Source: Spirochaetia bacterium (lineage in GTDB: Bacteria; Spirochaetota; Spirochaetia; CADAEX01). From it: a stretch of 64,000 nucleotides of DNA. This document shows positions 55,505 to 64,000 of the stretch, one piece after another (within the stretch, counting starts at the first letter, position 1; the number at the start of each line of letters is the position of its first letter). The notes under the pieces are model-generated. The model was not told where the DNA came from and made no database searches. It worked only from the letters and a program-made list of their open reading frames with translations. The position numbers were made by a program, and so were the translations under genes. Location: assembly GCA_963662795.1 (NCBI GenBank), contig OY759746.1, positions 3,040,001-3,104,000 on the forward strand, written 5' to 3'.

Positions 55505-56290
55505 ATGGATATAGGAACAATAGGCGGAATAATCGGCGGTTTTGTCCTCATTATCGGTTCAATGTTTGCAAGCGGCGCATCTCTGGGCCTATATATAGAT
55601 CCGGCTTCTGCGATAATGGTTATTGGCGGTTCTTACTGTGCACTCATGGTTGCCAATCCCATGCAGAGAGTTCTAGGTATCATGAAATACGCAAAGCATG
55701 CGCTTTATCTCAAAAACTATGAACGGGAAAAGCTTATTTCTACACTGGTAAGTTTTTCGGAACAGGCCAGACGGGAAGGGCTCCTTGCTCTTGAAGACGG
55801 TCTTGACGAACTTGAAGATAAATTCCTTGAAAAAGGATTAAGGCTTGTTGTTGACGGGACTGACCCCTCCCTGATTAAAAGCGTACTTTACAATGAATTG
55901 AATCAGATTGAAGAGCGCCATAATTGCGGAATAAAAGTATTTGATGACTGGGGGAAGTTTGCCCCTACTTTCGGAATGATCGGTACACTGCAGGGTCTTA
56001 TCGCGATGATGGCGAGTCTCGGTGATCAGTCTGCTGTTGGTAAAGGTATGGCACTCGCGCTTATTACAACATTCTACGGTGCTATATTTGCCAACCTTAT
56101 TCTTATCCCGATCAAGAGTAAACTTGAAGACAGACATAAAGATGAAATAATGGTCAAGGAAATAATGGTTGAAGGAGTTCTTTCTATCCAGTCAGGTGAT
56201 AACCCGAGAATGGTGGAAGAAAAACTTCTTGCGTTCCTTTCTCCGGTAGAAAGGGAAATGGTAAAGGCTGAGTCGTCCTCAGGTGAATAG
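55505..56290 (+). CDS. motA: Stator protein MotA
   Basis: ARREGLLALE, GMIGT, ALITTFYG, GDNP. Confidence 0.96.
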   Translation: MDIGTIGGIIGGFVLIIGSMFASGASLGLYIDPASAIMVIGGSYCALMVANPMQRVLGIMKYAKHALYLKNYEREKLISTLVSFSEQARREGLLALEDGLDELEDKFLEKGLRLVVDGTDPSLIKSVLYNELNQIEERHNCGIKVFDDWGKFAPTFGMIGTLQGLIAMMASLGDQSAVGKGMALALITTFYGAIFANLILIPIKSKLEDRHKDEIMVKEIMVEGVLSIQSGDNPRMVEEKLLAFLSPVEREMVKAESSSGE

Positions 56291-56299
56291 GAGGGATTA

Positions 56300-57031
56300 A
56301 TGGCGAGAGACAGGAAGAAAAAATGCCCTCCCGAAGGAGCGCCGGACTGGATGGTAACATTCAGCGACATGACGACACTTCTTCTTACTTTCTTCGTTAT
56401 GATGTTTACTACAGCAACTGTAGACGGATCAGATATAAGGCTGATCCTTTCTGCATTCCAGGGACTCGGCGCGCTTTCGGGAGGAAATACTCTTGACGCT
56501 GAAGGCAAACTTGCAGAGCTTGGAAACAATATAATGGCAATGCCGTCAAGACAGGCAGGGAAATCGCTTGACAGGGCGCGAAAGCTTGCTGTTGCGCTTC
56601 TCCAGCCTGAACTCAAAAGTAAAATGGTCAGGATAACAGAGGATGAAAGGGGAGTAGTAATCTCGCTTTCGGCAGATGCCTTTTTCCGTCCGGCCTCGGC
56701 AGAACTTAATATAGATGAGGCAAGAAACACTATCCAGAATATATCGAATCTGATGAAAGCAGACGAAATGAAGGGACGGAAATTCAGGATAGAGGGACAT
56801 ACAGACAGCACTCCTACAGATGAAAACGGAGAATGGAAAAGCAATTGGGAGCTTTCAACCGCGCGGGCTACCTCGATAATTCACTATCTGAAGGATTTTA
56901 ATGTTGATGAAAAAAAACTGCAGGCTGCAGGATTTTCTGATACTGTACCAATGGCGACAAATGATACAGAGGAAGGAAGGGCTTATAACAGGAGGGTTGA
57001 TATAATTATCCTGAGCGATGCTCATTTATGA
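56300..57031 (+). CDS. motB: Stator protein MotB
   Basis: WMVTFSD..LL.FF, EGHTD, NWELS..RA, NRRV. Confidence 0.96.
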   Translation: MARDRKKKCPPEGAPDWMVTFSDMTTLLLTFFVMMFTTATVDGSDIRLILSAFQGLGALSGGNTLDAEGKLAELGNNIMAMPSRQAGKSLDRARKLAVALLQPELKSKMVRITEDERGVVISLSADAFFRPASAELNIDEARNTIQNISNLMKADEMKGRKFRIEGHTDSTPTDENGEWKSNWELSTARATSIIHYLKDFNVDEKKLQAAGFSDTVPMATNDTEEGRAYNRRVDIIILSDAHL

Positions 57032-57051
57032 CAGAGGCAATAATAAAATGT

Positions 57052-57080
57052 TTGCAAATATTGGATATTTTTGATAAAAT
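57052..57080 (+). promoter_or_regulatory. Internal sigma70 promoter upstream of fliL
   Basis: TTGCAA-N17-TAAAAT with TGn extension, in a 75-bp gap. Confidence 0.6.
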
Positions 57081-57106
57081 TCTAAAAATAGATCAGGAGT
57101 AGAAAA

Positions 57107-57679
57107 ATGCCTGAAGATTATGATCTGGATCTTGAAAATTCCGGTGCAGTTACAGAAGAAGATGAAATAGGGAAGAAAAAAATTGGATTTCTTCCTGCAA
57201 TAGTAATAAAAATACTCAAATGGGTAGCTATAGTGCTTGCGGCAGTTGTTTTTATAGTTACTGTTGTTGTTGTTACCATAAAAATAATGAATCCTGTTTC
57301 ACAGGCACCTGATTATTATTTTGAAACTGAGGAGCTGCGTAATACGCAGCCGAATCTCCAGTGGTATGATATAGGAACGAGTGATATCAGGGCCAGGACC
57401 GCAGATATTGAAAAAAAGATAATTGTTATAATTAAGGTTTCTGTAGGGTTTAATGAAAAATCAAAGTACCTGCATCAGGAACTGATTGATAAGACACCGA
57501 AATTAAGAGACGAGATACGGGTTTTCTTCGGTGAAAAACATGAAGTAGATCTGCTTCCTAAAAATGAGGGGAAAATAAAGGAAGAGCTGAAAATAAGGAT
57601 AAACAGAATGCTGAGCAGCAAGGGCAGCGACAGTGTTCAGGATGTTATTTTCACTGAATTCAACATGGTTGAATTTTAA
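57107..57679 (+). CDS. fliL: Flagellar protein FliL
   Basis: Single TM; LK.RIN..L, V.FTEF. Confidence 0.88.
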   Translation: MPEDYDLDLENSGAVTEEDEIGKKKIGFLPAIVIKILKWVAIVLAAVVFIVTVVVVTIKIMNPVSQAPDYYFETEELRNTQPNLQWYDIGTSDIRARTADIEKKIIVIIKVSVGFNEKSKYLHQELIDKTPKLRDEIRVFFGEKHEVDLLPKNEGKIKEELKIRINRMLSSKGSDSVQDVIFTEFNMVEF

Positions 57680-57706
57680 TTATGAGGGGTAATCCGGTTA
57701 ACAAGT

Positions 57707-58738
57707 ATGACTGATATATTATCGCAGAATGAAATTGATCAGTTACTCACAGCATTTACAACTGGTGATGTTGAATCTGAAGAGGTTACTCATGTAAATG
57801 ATCAGCGGAAAATCAAAATCTATGATTTCAAGCGGCCTGACAAGTTTTCAAAAGAGCAGATCCGTACCGTATCAATAATGCATGAAACCTTTGCGAGACT
57901 TACTACAACATCCCTTTCCGCTCAGCTGAGAAGTCTGATCCATGTTCATGTTGCCTCAGTTGACCAGCTTACCTATGAAGAGTTTATCCGGTCCATTCCC
58001 AATCAGACAACAATTGCTGTCATAAATATGGATCCCCTAAAAGGTTCCGCAATCCTTGAAATTGATCCGTCTGTAACGTTTTCAATTATTGAGAGGTTAT
58101 TCGGCGGACAGGGTGAAGGAACCAAAATAAACAGGGAACTTTCAGATATTGAACAGTCTGTAATGGAAGGGGTTATTGTAAGAATTCTCGGCAACATGAG
58201 GGAAGCCTGGAGCCAGGTTGTTGACCTCCGTCCCCGTCTGGGGCAGATTGAAACAAATCCCCAGTTTGCCCAGATTGTTCCACCGACAGAAATGGTTGTC
58301 CTTGTAACACTTGAAACCAAAGTAGGAGAGGTAGAGGGTATGATGAATTTCTGTATCCCTTACCTTACGATAGAACCTATCATTTCCAAACTTTCCGCAC
58401 AGTACTGGTATTCCTCTGTAAGAAGAGGCACAACAACTGAAAACCTTAATATCCTGAGGGAAAGGCTTTCAACTGTTGATGTGGATGTTGTAGCGGAAAT
58501 CGGCAGGATAAACATATCAGTTCGTGAGGCCCTGGCCCTTTCTGTCGGCGATGTTATACGCCTGCAAAATGTGAGAATTAAAGACGACATGAAGCTGAAG
58601 CTGGGAAACAGGCCCAAGTTTCTCTGCAGACCTGGAATGGTCGGCAATAAAGTTGCAGTACAGATTACAAAAAAACTCGAAGATTTCAGTAAAGAAGAGT
58701 TTGAAGAATTAACTGCTGAAGGAGAAGAGCATGAGTGA
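57707..58738 (+). CDS. fliM: Motor switch protein FliM
   Basis: LSQNEIDQLL, YDFKRP, GGQG. Confidence 0.98.
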   Translation: MTDILSQNEIDQLLTAFTTGDVESEEVTHVNDQRKIKIYDFKRPDKFSKEQIRTVSIMHETFARLTTTSLSAQLRSLIHVHVASVDQLTYEEFIRSIPNQTTIAVINMDPLKGSAILEIDPSVTFSIIERLFGGQGEGTKINRELSDIEQSVMEGVIVRILGNMREAWSQVVDLRPRLGQIETNPQFAQIVPPTEMVVLVTLETKVGEVEGMMNFCIPYLTIEPIISKLSAQYWYSSVRRGTTTENLNILRERLSTVDVDVVAEIGRINISVREALALSVGDVIRLQNVRIKDDMKLKLGNRPKFLCRPGMVGNKVAVQITKKLEDFSKEEFEELTAEGEEHE

Positions 58739-59885
58739 CGGCGCATTATCTCAGGATGAAATTGATGCATTGATGAGCGGCAGTTCGACAGGCGGTTTTG
58801 ATTTCGGCGGGGGCGCCGGCTCAGGCGGAAGCGACGGCCTGCAGGAAAACGAAAAACAGGCTTTTCAGGCAATTATAAATACACTTGTAGATGCACAGAG
58901 TGCTACGCTGGCAGGTATGATGGGTAAAACAGTTACAATATCGCCGCCATCGATAGAAATTGTCGACGGAGAATCTATTCCTGCACTTTTTGATGAAAAT
59001 TTTGTCCGTGTCAACGCTGCATTTACTGAAGGAGTTACAGGATATCATTCTTACCTTTTAACTCCTGATACTGCAAAAGCCATCGCGGCCCTTTTGACAG
59101 GTCTTGACCAGGTAGAACTGGATGATGCTTCCCTTTCTGCAATCAGCGAAGCGATTAACACGATCAGCGGCGCTGCTGTCACCGCATTCGGAGATAAAAT
59201 CAACTCTACAATAATGACAGAACCGGCTTCCGCTGAACTTCTTGACAGCTCAGGTTCAGATATTCCTTCCGGAAATATAGTAAAACTTAATTATCCGATA
59301 GCGATAGAGGGTTATCCTCAGGCAATCTTTAATGAACTTTTTGAAATCCAGACGGTTAAAACACTTGCTGCACAGGAAGCTGCTTCCGGCGGCGAAGAAG
59401 ACATTTTTGCCGGAATGGGCCAGAGTACCGGAATGAATACAGGCAAGGGTGCGGCAAATCGTAACCAGCCTTCCGGAGGAATGAACGACGGGTATACAGG
59501 ACAGCAGCAGGGCGGATTTGGAGCGCAGGGAGGTATGGGCGCAGGTATGGGGCAAAAACAGGGTTTTGTTAATATTCAGAATGTGCAGTATCCTTCATTG
59601 ACTTCAGGACATTCAGGCGGCGAACAGGGTAATATAAGCCTCCTGATGGATGTAAACATGGAAATGACGGTTGAACTTGGAAGAACCAAAAAACCGATAC
59701 GTGAAATACTGAGTATGGGAGAAGGTACTATAATTGAGCTTGATAAACTCGCAGGTGAACCGGTCGATATTCTTGTTAATCATAAACTGATCGCTAACGG
59801 AGAGGTTGTTGTTATCGATGAAAACTTCGGTGTCAGGGTTACCAAGATAGTATCAAATACAGCGGGAATAAGCGAAATGACATAG
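58731..59885 (+). CDS. fliY: Motor switch protein FliY/FliN (CheC-like plus SPOA domain)
   Basis: LSQDEIDAL, SEAIN, VELG, GEVVVIDENFGVRV. Confidence 0.88.
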   Translation: MSDGALSQDEIDALMSGSSTGGFDFGGGAGSGGSDGLQENEKQAFQAIINTLVDAQSATLAGMMGKTVTISPPSIEIVDGESIPALFDENFVRVNAAFTEGVTGYHSYLLTPDTAKAIAALLTGLDQVELDDASLSAISEAINTISGAAVTAFGDKINSTIMTEPASAELLDSSGSDIPSGNIVKLNYPIAIEGYPQAIFNELFEIQTVKTLAAQEAASGGEEDIFAGMGQSTGMNTGKGAANRNQPSGGMNDGYTGQQQGGFGAQGGMGAGMGQKQGFVNIQNVQYPSLTSGHSGGEQGNISLLMDVNMEMTVELGRTKKPIREILSMGEGTIIELDKLAGEPVDILVNHKLIANGEVVVIDENFGVRVTKIVSNTAGISEMT

Positions 59886-59909
59886 TCAGTCATAATCCGG
59901 GGAGGGGGG

Positions 59910-60509
59910 ATGACATTTAAAAAATATTTCTTTCTTGTTTTAATTATTTCAGCAGTTATAAATAATCCTCTATTTTCACAGACAGCGGATAATGTCCCTG
60001 CGCCAGTGAAGGAGCAGGATTTGAAAATTGAAGATCAGGGTGAAAATACAGCAGCTGCAAATCAGACATTGCAGGAAAATGACAGAACTCTCGGGGTTTT
60101 TACATTCTGGGATTTTGCGCGAATGGTGTTAATTCTGATTTTTGTTATTATCTGTATTTACGGTCTCTTCTTTCTTCTTAAAAAAGCAGGTTCTCAAAAA
60201 TTTGAAGAGAATGATATTATCAATATTCTCTCAAGCAAGGGACTGACAGCCAGCAAATCTCTGCACGTAGTTGAAATCGGAAATCAGATTGTAGTAATAG
60301 GGGCATCGGATGATGCTCTTACATTAATCACTGAAATTACAGACAAGGAAACAATTGACAGGATAAGGCTTAATAAAGGGGAGACAAAAAAGCCGTCTGA
60401 AAACAGTTTCTACAGCTATCTGGTTGGTACGTTTATGAAAGGGAAGAAACAGGGAGATTTTTCTTCTGAATTTCTTAAAAACCAGAAAGAAAGGATTAAG
60501 AAAATGTAG
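59910..60509 (+). CDS. fliO: Flagellar biosynthesis protein FliO/FliZ
   Basis: Position before fliP; TM; LHVVEIG..VIG. Confidence 0.82.
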   Translation: MTFKKYFFLVLIISAVINNPLFSQTADNVPAPVKEQDLKIEDQGENTAAANQTLQENDRTLGVFTFWDFARMVLILIFVIICIYGLFFLLKKAGSQKFEENDIINILSSKGLTASKSLHVVEIGNQIVVIGASDDALTLITEITDKETIDRIRLNKGETKKPSENSFYSYLVGTFMKGKKQGDFSSEFLKNQKERIKKM

Positions 60510-60553
60510 ATTGCCTGAAACTTGATTCAAGTTATTTGTTTTTTGGGGGGGGA

Positions 60554-61345
60554 ATGAATAAAAAATATTTACTGATTTTTTTCTTGTTATTTCTTACAAC
60601 ATCACAGGTCTTTTCACAGCAGGCTCCGACTCTGCAGCGGCAGAGGAATACGGGATCTCCTTTGACAATACCGTTTGTGGACATCACTGTAAGGCAGCCG
60701 GAATCAAACAAGGAAGTTGCCCTTTCGATACAGCTGCTTGTTCTCCTTTCCATAATTGCCCTTTCTCCGTCCATAATCCTGCTGATGACCTCCTTTCTCA
60801 GAATATCAATAGTTTTTGATTTTATAAAAAGGGCACTGTCCCTTCAGCAGGTCCCTCCAAACCAGGTCCTGCTGGGGATAGCACTGTTTCTTACTCTGTT
60901 TATAATGTGGCCGACTTTTAATACAATTTATGAAAGCTCTTTCAAGCCGTATTCTGAAGGTGCAATATCCACAGAAGAGATGTACAGAGCGGCTGAAGGC
61001 CCTTTAAGGTTATTCATGTATAACCAGATGAAGGGAAACCCTGAAAATATAAGGCTTTTCATGAAGCTGCGGGGACTTGCGAAACCGGATAATCTCGCTG
61101 ATGTTCCCACATATGTTCTTATCCCGGCTTTTGTCTTAAGTGAATTGACTATTGCTTTCAAGATAGGAATACTGCTTTTTATTCCTTTTATTATAATTGA
61201 CATGGTAGTCGCATCGACCCTTATGTCAATGGGTATGATCATGCTTCCTCCTGTTATGATTTCCATGCCTTTTAAACTGATTTTATTCGTGCTTGTAGAC
61301 GGCTGGAGTCTGATAACGGCACAGCTTGTTGGCAGTTTCGGATAA
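60554..61345 (+). CDS. fliP: Export gate FliP
   Basis: MTSF.RI, PPNQV, PAFVLSEL, MGMIMLPP, VDGW. Confidence 0.97.
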   Translation: MNKKYLLIFFLLFLTTSQVFSQQAPTLQRQRNTGSPLTIPFVDITVRQPESNKEVALSIQLLVLLSIIALSPSIILLMTSFLRISIVFDFIKRALSLQQVPPNQVLLGIALFLTLFIMWPTFNTIYESSFKPYSEGAISTEEMYRAAEGPLRLFMYNQMKGNPENIRLFMKLRGLAKPDNLADVPTYVLIPAFVLSELTIAFKIGILLFIPFIIIDMVVASTLMSMGMIMLPPVMISMPFKLILFVLVDGWSLITAQLVGSFG

Positions 61346-61358
61346 GAGGGGTATTTAA

Positions 61359-61628
61359 ATGGATATGGGACTGGTTATTTATATTTTCAGAAACTCAATT
61401 ATGCAACTTATCATTTTGTCGCTTCCGGTTCTGCTTATAGGTATGCTGGTAGGTCTTGTCATTTCTGTTATTCAGGCAACAACCTCGCTTCAGGAACAGA
61501 CCCTTACCTTTGTACCTAAAATTATTGCTATTCTTATGACAATTATATTTTTAGGCCCATGGATGCTCACTTCCATGCAGGAGTTTACGATGAAAATCAT
61601 TTTAATGATTCCGCAGATGGTGAAATAG
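61359..61628 (+). CDS. fliQ: Export gate FliQ
   Basis: QATTSLQEQTLTFVPK. Confidence 0.97.
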   Translation: MDMGLVIYIFRNSIMQLIILSLPVLLIGMLVGLVISVIQATTSLQEQTLTFVPKIIAILMTIIFLGPWMLTSMQEFTMKIILMIPQMVK

Positions 61629-62420
61629 ATGTTTCTTCAAAGCATTGCGGAAAATTCACAGCTGTATCTTCTCATATTCTCAAGAATATTCGCATTGCTG
61701 ACTATAGCGCCGCTTCTTTCATCATCGGCAATCCCGGACATGGCACGCGCTGCACTTGCACTGTTTACAACTGTAGCAATATTCCCAACAATTTTTGAAA
61801 CCGGATATATAATTCCTGAAAACGGGCTTGCATACCTGGCCCTGCTTGCCGGCGAAATAATGATCGGAATAATTACCGGATTTTTTCTACAGCTCATCTT
61901 TGCAGCCTTTTTAATGGCAGGACAGTTTTTTTCCCTTCAGATAGGGTTCGGAGCTTCAGTTGTATTCGATCCTCTGGCGCAGGAAGAAATACCTATCGTA
62001 GGTCAGCTGTTAAACTATTTTGCCATGTTTGTTTTTCTCGCTTCAAGCGGATTTTATAAACTGTTCCTTACCGGCGTTTACAGGTCGTTTCAAAGTTTAA
62101 ACGCTTATACGTTTCTTCTTCATAGAGAACATATATATCAGATGGCCTTGAACGGAGTCGGCAAACTATTTCAGCACTCTCTTATGATATCAATGCCTAT
62201 CCTTGCTACCCTTTTTCTGATTTCTGTTTCAATGGGTCTTCTTGCAAAAGCAGCTCCGCAGATGAATCTGCTCATGATGGGTTTTCCTGTTGCGATAATT
62301 GTCGCGTTTCTGATTATTCTTTTTTCAATACCGTTTTTAACTGCGGCTTTCTCAAAGCTGATAGACGAAAGCTTCTACCAGGTGCTTTACTGGTATTCTC
62401 TTTACAGGGGCAGCCCATGA
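61629..62420 (+). CDS. fliR: Export gate FliR
   Basis: GE..IG, AGQ..Q.GFG, DP, KAAPQMN. Confidence 0.95.
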   Translation: MFLQSIAENSQLYLLIFSRIFALLTIAPLLSSSAIPDMARAALALFTTVAIFPTIFETGYIIPENGLAYLALLAGEIMIGIITGFFLQLIFAAFLMAGQFFSLQIGFGASVVFDPLAQEEIPIVGQLLNYFAMFVFLASSGFYKLFLTGVYRSFQSLNAYTFLLHREHIYQMALNGVGKLFQHSLMISMPILATLFLISVSMGLLAKAAPQMNLLMMGFPVAIIVAFLIILFSIPFLTAAFSKLIDESFYQVLYWYSLYRGSP

Positions 62421-63571
62421 AATTTGATACTGTTCCTGTAAAGGAATTGCTGAAGCAGGACTTCGCATCACCTTGCCGGGAACCGTTCATCCATCTTCAG
62501 TGGTTTGCTCCGGAAGATGAAGGACGGACAGAAGATCCGACAGAACACAAGCTCCGCAAAGCCAGGGAAGAAGGCAAGGTAGCAAAAAGTTCGGAATTCG
62601 CCCCTGCGCTTGTTCTTATTTTTACAGTCGTGGCCCTTGCTTTTCTTGGTGGATACATGTTTGATAATCTTACAGATATGATGAAGTATTTTTTTACAAT
62701 ATCTTCGTCAACAGATATAACATCCAATAACAGAATAGTTCCTGTGTTTTTCAGTTATTTTCTTAAGATGTTCCTTCCTGTAGCGACTGTTGCATTTATC
62801 GCCTCTCTTGCCGGCAATCTTATACAGGTTGGTTTTTTATTCAGTACAAAACCGATTACACCTGATCTCAACAGAATCGCGCCTGACTTTGTCAGATATT
62901 TCAAACGTGCAGTTTTTTCAATGGAAGCGGTTTTTAATCTTGGCAAGACAATTTTCAAGATACTGATAATTGCTGTTATTGTCATTCTGAATATAAAGCT
63001 TGAATCCAACAAACTGATCAATCTCACCGGGCAGACTGTACAGTTCTCAATGACATATATAGCAAGGATTTCTTTCAGGCTTTTGATAGAGGCTGCTTTC
63101 GCGCTGATTGTTCTTTCACTGCCAGATTATATGTTTCAGAGAAAGCAGCACAGGGAATCGCTTAAAATGTCAAAACAGGAAATCAAGGAAGAAATGAAAC
63201 AGATCGAAGGCGACCCTAAAATCAAGAATATGCTGATGGAAAGGATGCGGGAACTTATGAGCCAGAATATCTCAAAAAATGTTCCCCTTTCTGATGTTAT
63301 AGTAACAAACCCTACTCATTATTCTGTTGCAATAATGTATGATAGATATACCATGAGTGCTCCGTCTGTAAGCGCAAAAGGCCAGGATGAGATTGCGCTC
63401 AGAATCAGGGAAATTGCAAGAAACAGTGCTGTTCCCATAATGGAAAACAAACCACTTGCAAGAGCTTTGTACGCAGAAGTGGAAGTGGGACAGGAAATCC
63501 CTGTTAAATACTGGGAGACAGTATCGATAATACTGTCTGAAGTATATAAACTGTCTGGCAAGGCAGTATGA
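62417..63571 (+). CDS. flhB: Export protein FlhB
   Basis: TEDPT..K.RKAREEG, EGDP, NPTH. Confidence 0.97.
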   Translation: MKFDTVPVKELLKQDFASPCREPFIHLQWFAPEDEGRTEDPTEHKLRKAREEGKVAKSSEFAPALVLIFTVVALAFLGGYMFDNLTDMMKYFFTISSSTDITSNNRIVPVFFSYFLKMFLPVATVAFIASLAGNLIQVGFLFSTKPITPDLNRIAPDFVRYFKRAVFSMEAVFNLGKTIFKILIIAVIVILNIKLESNKLINLTGQTVQFSMTYIARISFRLLIEAAFALIVLSLPDYMFQRKQHRESLKMSKQEIKEEMKQIEGDPKIKNMLMERMRELMSQNISKNVPLSDVIVTNPTHYSVAIMYDRYTMSAPSVSAKGQDEIALRIREIARNSAVPIMENKPLARALYAEVEVGQEIPVKYWETVSIILSEVYKLSGKAV

Positions 63572-63588
63572 AAGAGGTAGTATAAGGA

Positions 63589-64000
63589 ATGTCTGATTTC
63601 AGAAATATGGTCAATAATTCACTTTTTCACGGCAGAAATGACCTTATGGTAGCTGCCGGTGTACTTGTTGTCATTTCAATGATGCTTGTTCCTCTTCCAA
63701 CAGTTTTGCTTGATACATTTATGGCTTTTAATCTTCTTTTAAGCCTGCTTGTTATTCTCATTGTCCTTTTTACAAAACATACAACAGATTTTTCCATATT
63801 TCCGACACTGCTGCTGATATCCACGGTTTTCGGTCTTGCCCTTAATATTTCATCGACAAGGCTTATCCTCTCAAAGGGTGCGAATTTCAACGGAAAACTT
63901 GTAAGGGCTTTTTCAAGCTTTGTTGTCGGTACATCAGGACCGGAAGGGCTTGTCATTGGCCTTATAATATTCCTTATCCTCATTGCTGTTCAGTTTATTG
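63589..64000 (+). CDS. flhA: Export protein FlhA, 3'-truncated by window edge
   Basis: Read manually: PLPTVLLD, FSIFPTLLL, LALNISSTRLIL. Confidence 0.95.
   Translation, partial: MSDFRNMVNNSLFHGRNDLMVAAGVLVVISMMLVPLPTVLLDTFMAFNLLLSLLVILIVLFTKHTTDFSIFPTLLLISTVFGLALNISSTRLILSKGANFNGKLVRAFSSFVVGTSGPEGLVIGLIIFLILIAVQFI

Noticed and set aside
56074-56844. 256-aa antisense ORF over motA/motB
   Set aside because: Codon-mirror shadow of the sense genes.

Overview
Core-chromosome segment of a Spirochaetales bacterium, judged from 16S signatures, the FlbB collar protein and Treponema/Borrelia-like gene order. In order: a TPR gene, a small OMP, a Zn-finger/adenylate-kinase-like gene divergent from a complete rrn operon (16S-tRNA-Ala-23S-5S), and a short accessory patch (iron-sulfur flavoprotein, sugar-permease pseudogene, stand-alone Cys-free rpsD, Cache-HAMP-GAF-HD-GYP, class III cyclase-like gene). 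Then pfkA, usp, cheW-degT-like-nadK-recN, cdd, a propeller/M23/methyltransferase cluster, DUF4912-GH57, and a ~36 kb co-oriented dcw-xerD-dprA-topA-xerC-hslVU-flagellar supercluster running off the end in flhA. No CRISPR, IS or prophage was seen. Best leads: (1) a 24-bp near-perfect palindrome with a DtxR/MntR-like core over the promoter of a Zn-free S4 gene; (2) FliI with Glu at the arginine-finger position; (3) an apparently dead adenylate-kinase-like protein with extra Zn fingers back-to-back with rrn P1; (4) a class III cyclase with Arg at the base-specificity position, convergent with an HD-GYP phosphodiesterase. All calls come from motif recognition by eye; no searches were run.
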